Source of the DNA: Alphaproteobacteria bacterium
GTDB lineage: Bacteria; Pseudomonadota; Alphaproteobacteria; UBA2966
Direction: 5' to 3'
DNA length: 64,000 nt
NCBI GenBank assembly: GCA_964291395.2
Contig: OZ219858.1
Span: 704,001 to 768,000 of the forward strand
Positions 61,027 to 64,000 of the stretch are shown piece after piece (the first letter of the stretch is position 1; each line of letters begins with the position of its first letter). Under the pieces are notes generated by a model. It was given only the letters and a program-made list of their open reading frames with translations, was not told where the DNA came from and did no database searches. Made by a program: the position numbers and the translations under genes.

Positions 61027-62523
61027 CTAGAGGGCCAAGGGATCGAGCGGATAGATCGGCCGGCGCACGTTCTTGTAGTCGAGGATTGAGTTGTCCGAGG
61101 TGGTGACGCCCCGGCCATCACAGGTGACCGTGGCCTGGGCCATGTCCCCGAACCCCGCGCGATAGTGGATGCGGGACTTCAGCAGCAGGTAGGTCCGTTC
61201 TGCAGGTTCGATCCCGACATTCGTGAAAACGCCGACGTCCCAGGGTTCGTGGTGTCGAGACACGATGACGATCTCCATCTTGCCGGTGTCAAGCACCGCC
61301 GTTGGCCCCATGGCGACCTCGACACCGGTGTACATGGGTCCTTCGACGGTCCAGGTTCCATCGGTCAAGGCGCTAACGCATCCGCTCACGGCGAGGGAGG
61401 ATCCAGTTCCTCCGATGGATGGCATGTCGGTTCTGCCGCCGAGTTCCAATGTGATCTCGGCATTCAACCCGGCGGTCCGCATGCAGCGAACCGCATCCGG
61501 GTCCCAAACCGCCGCGACGGCGACGCGATCGAGACCCTGACGGAGGACCTCGGCGATGACCGTCATGTCGTCCTGGGTACCGCCCGACCCGCAGTTGTCC
61601 GCGTGATCGAGCAGCAGGACCGGACCGGACCGGCCGCGAGCGCGCAACTCCAGTCCGAGCCACTTCGCCCGCGCCACCGCATCCGAGAGCGGCTCTCCCC
61701 GGTAGACGAACGACTCGCGCCGTGCCCAAGCAGCATCCAGCATCTCTTCACAGACGCTGGCGGCGCGCGCCCGGTCTCCGTCCGTGACCACGACGGCGGA
61801 AACGCCGGCTTCCGGCATGTCGGCCATAGGGAATCCCCCGAATACGGTGGCCGCAAGCGCTCCGTCCTCCTCCGCGCGGCGGGCCATGGCGATCAGCGAG
61901 CGCATCGGTTCTTCATCAGTCCCCTGGCGTAGCGTTTGGGCGAGGATGGGGCGATTCCCCCAGGCCATGACCGGCTCGATCTCGCCCCGCAGGGACGCCG
62001 TCAGAATGCCACCGACCTGACGTCCGACGTCGTACATGTCCGTATGCGGGTAGGTCTTGTATCCGATCAGCGCCGTACAATTGTCGACCATGCGTCGCGT
62101 CAGGTTGCAGTGCAGATCACACGTCACCGCGATCGGCAGATCCGGCGTGATAGAACGAATGCGTTCGAGAAGCGCGCCTTCGCCGTCCAGCGTGGACTCG
62201 CTCACCATAGCCCCATGGAGATCGAGGAGGACGGCGTCGCAACCGGCGCTCACGGCATCACAGATGGCATCGGACATGAAGGCCTCGGCCTCGGCTGAAA
62301 CCGGCCCGGAGGGCATGGCTTCCGCGGCGATGGGCGTGACGATCTCCGCTCCCACCTCCCGTGCGATTTCCAGGTAAGCCCCCATCGGCATGCCGGTACC
62401 CTCGTAGGCCCGGCGCGCATCGTCGTTGAGGTGGGCGCCCCAATCCTCGAAGCGCGCCCACGGCGTGGCGATCGGCGAGAACGTGTTCGTCTCGTGTTTC
62501 ATCATCGCGATGACGAACCGCAT
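61027..62523 (-). CDS. M81 / MlrC family metallopeptidase
   Basis: HETNTF, LHGAM, DLHCN, YPHTD, DNCGSG, KSRIHYRA. Confidence 0.9.
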   Translation of the reverse strand: MRFVIAMMKHETNTFSPIATPWARFEDWGAHLNDDARRAYEGTGMPMGAYLEIAREVGAEIVTPIAAEAMPSGPVSAEAEAFMSDAICDAVSAGCDAVLLDLHGAMVSESTLDGEGALLERIRSITPDLPIAVTCDLHCNLTRRMVDNCTALIGYKTYPHTDMYDVGRQVGGILTASLRGEIEPVMAWGNRPILAQTLRQGTDEEPMRSLIAMARRAEEDGALAATVFGGFPMADMPEAGVSAVVVTDGDRARAASVCEEMLDAAWARRESFVYRGEPLSDAVARAKWLGLELRARGRSGPVLLLDHADNCGSGGTQDDMTVIAEVLRQGLDRVAVAAVWDPDAVRCMRTAGLNAEITLELGGRTDMPSIGGTGSSLAVSGCVSALTDGTWTVEGPMYTGVEVAMGPTAVLDTGKMEIVIVSRHHEPWDVGVFTNVGIEPAERTYLLLKSRIHYRAGFGDMAQATVTCDGRGVTTSDNSILDYKNVRRPIYPLDPLAL

Positions 62524-62552
62524 TTCGCGTCCCCCCGTCATCGGCGCGACGC

Positions 62553-62582
62553 AAAAGGCCCGACGCTGTCGCCGGGCCTTTC
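62553..62582 (-). terminator. Intrinsic terminator after yccA-like gene
   Basis: AAAGGCCCG (62554-62562) / CGGGCCTTT (62573-62581) inverted repeat flanked by A/T runs. Confidence 0.65.
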
Positions 62583-62608
62583 GAGGTCGATGTGTTATCC
62601 GCGGTGGC

Positions 62609-63328
62609 TCAGCGCCGTTCGCCGAACAGCCTGAGCAACATGATCATCAAGTTGATGAAATCGAGATAAAGCGTAAGCGCCCCCATAACCGCCTTCTTGG
62701 TGGCTACGTCGGCGCTGTCCGCCTCAAAGTACATGTTGCGGATCTTCTGGGTGTCGTAGGCCGTCAACCCCACGAACACGAGCACGCCGATCACGGAGAT
62801 GGCGAAATCCAGCGCCGACGACGCGAGGAAAATGTTCACGATGCTGGCGATGATGATGCCGATCAGACCCATGAACATGAAGTTGCCCACACCGGTCAGG
62901 TCGCGCTTCGTCGTGTAGCCGTAGAGGCTCATGGCACCGAAGGTCGCTGTCGTGATGAAGAACACCCGCACGATACTGGCGCCCGTATAGGCCAGGAAAA
63001 TCCACGAGAGCGAAGCGCCCATCACGGCCGCGAAGGCCCAGAAGAGGGCCTGCGTGGCCGTCGCGCTGAGCCGGTTCAGGCCGAAGCTGAGCACTAAGAT
63101 GAAACCCAGCGGGGCGAGCATGATGACCCAATGCAGACCCGTGCCGTAGATCGCCTGCAGCAACGCGGGCGAGGACGCCACGAGAGCCGCGACGATGCCG
63201 CTCAGCGCCACGCCGGACGCCATGTAGTTGTATACCCGGAGCATATAGGCGCGCAGACCTTCGTCGATCGCCGCCTTCTCCGCCGCGGTCGCGCCGAGCG
63301 AAAGGCGCGCCTTGATGTCTTCGGCCAT
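62609..63328 (-). CDS. Bax inhibitor-1 / YccA family membrane protein
   Basis: DEGLRAYMLRVYNYM, YGYTTKRDL, TAYDTQKI, GALTLYLDFINL. Confidence 0.93.
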   Translation of the reverse strand: MAEDIKARLSLGATAAEKAAIDEGLRAYMLRVYNYMASGVALSGIVAALVASSPALLQAIYGTGLHWVIMLAPLGFILVLSFGLNRLSATATQALFWAFAAVMGASLSWIFLAYTGASIVRVFFITTATFGAMSLYGYTTKRDLTGVGNFMFMGLIGIIIASIVNIFLASSALDFAISVIGVLVFVGLTAYDTQKIRNMYFEADSADVATKKAVMGALTLYLDFINLMIMLLRLFGERR

Positions 63329-63371
63329 GGTCTTCAGTCCCTTCGTCTGACCTTCCCAAAGTCAGAAAATA

Positions 63372-63400
63372 ATATTGGCGAAAACTCGTGGCAATTCAAG
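63372..63400 (-). promoter_or_regulatory. Putative RpoH-type promoter of the yccA-like gene
   Basis: CTTGAA-N16-CCAATAT on the minus strand, similar to the rhizobial RpoH consensus. Confidence 0.5.
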
Positions 63401-63521
63401 GACGGTTCCGGCCGCCAGTATGGTAGCGAGAAGACCGCGGTCGAGCGTCCAGGTGACGTCGCGGGCGATCCGATCCCGCAGCCGTGAAGGTGTCCTGGAT
63501 TCGGGCTCGCCGTACATACCG

Positions 63522-64000
63522 TCATTCCGCCCTGAGAACCGCCATGACATTTTCTCCAAGGGCCTTCCACGTGCCCGCGAAACCCAGCAGAACCGTCACG
63601 GCGATACCGGCGACGGCGGTCACGGCAACCGCGAGCGGATCGAACACCCAGTCGCCTTCCATGACGAAGTACATCACGGCATAGCTTGCGGTGGTGCCCA
63701 CGATCGCGGCAAGCAGTGCCGTTATGGACCCGAGGACGGCATACTCGGTGACGAACGCCCGCGTGACATCGGCCCGCGTGGCGCCGAGGACCTTAAGGAC
63801 CACGGCATCGTAGACGCGGCGGCGATACCCGGCGGCAACCGCGCCGGCAAGGACAAGGAGGCCCGCAGCGATGGTAACGCTGGCGCTCGCCCTGACCGCC
63901 CAGGCGATACGTGAGAACATGTCGGTCACCGTCTCCAGCACGTCGCGAACGCGGACCGCGGAGACGTTGGCGAACCGGTCGGTCACCACGCGATGGAGCC
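63522..64000 (-). CDS. FtsX/YbbP-like ABC permease (C-terminal part; runs off the window)
   Basis: FANVSAV...AVVLKVLGATR...EYAVLG pattern with terminal TM helices. Confidence 0.8.
   Translation of the reverse strand, partial: LHRVVTDRFANVSAVRVRDVLETVTDMFSRIAWAVRASASVTIAAGLLVLAGAVAAGYRRRVYDAVVLKVLGATRADVTRAFVTEYAVLGSITALLAAIVGTTASYAVMYFVMEGDWVFDPLAVAVTAVAGIAVTVLLGFAGTWKALGENVMAVLRAE

Noticed and set aside
61027-62523. Microcystin degradation locus
   Set aside because: MlrC-like proteins are widespread and mlrA, mlrB and mlrD are absent.

Overview
GC-rich chromosomal segment of an alphaproteobacterium (Rhodospirillales-like, judged from gene content and order), with about 58 protein genes and one tRNA-Val(GAC). 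No rRNA, CRISPR array, prophage or intact mobile element was seen. 1-8 kb: conserved helicase-hslR-(terB)-fdxA-carD-(phosphoesterase-like)-rpoH cluster with an IS5-type remnant. 8-32 kb: rpmJ, glcDEF, pyk/glycerate kinase, an N-formylglutamate amidohydrolase-YbdK-DUF1244 trio, methylmalonyl-CoA mutase, a URC-type uracil catabolism operon and a large NAD-glutamate dehydrogenase. 32.7-56 kb: a dense block of catabolic enzymes of unknown substrate with organosulfonate hints (YihU-like reductase, TauD-like dioxygenase, slcC-comC-like pair). 56-64 kb: a candidate sRNA, a methyltransferase-like remnant, a dpp-type ABC system lacking its binding protein, an MlrC-like peptidase and YccA. The best candidate for an undescribed system is an atypical two-subunit aconitase X followed by two small paralogous, possibly HEPN-fold proteins (40200-42774). 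All family calls come from motif recognition by eye; no database searches were run.
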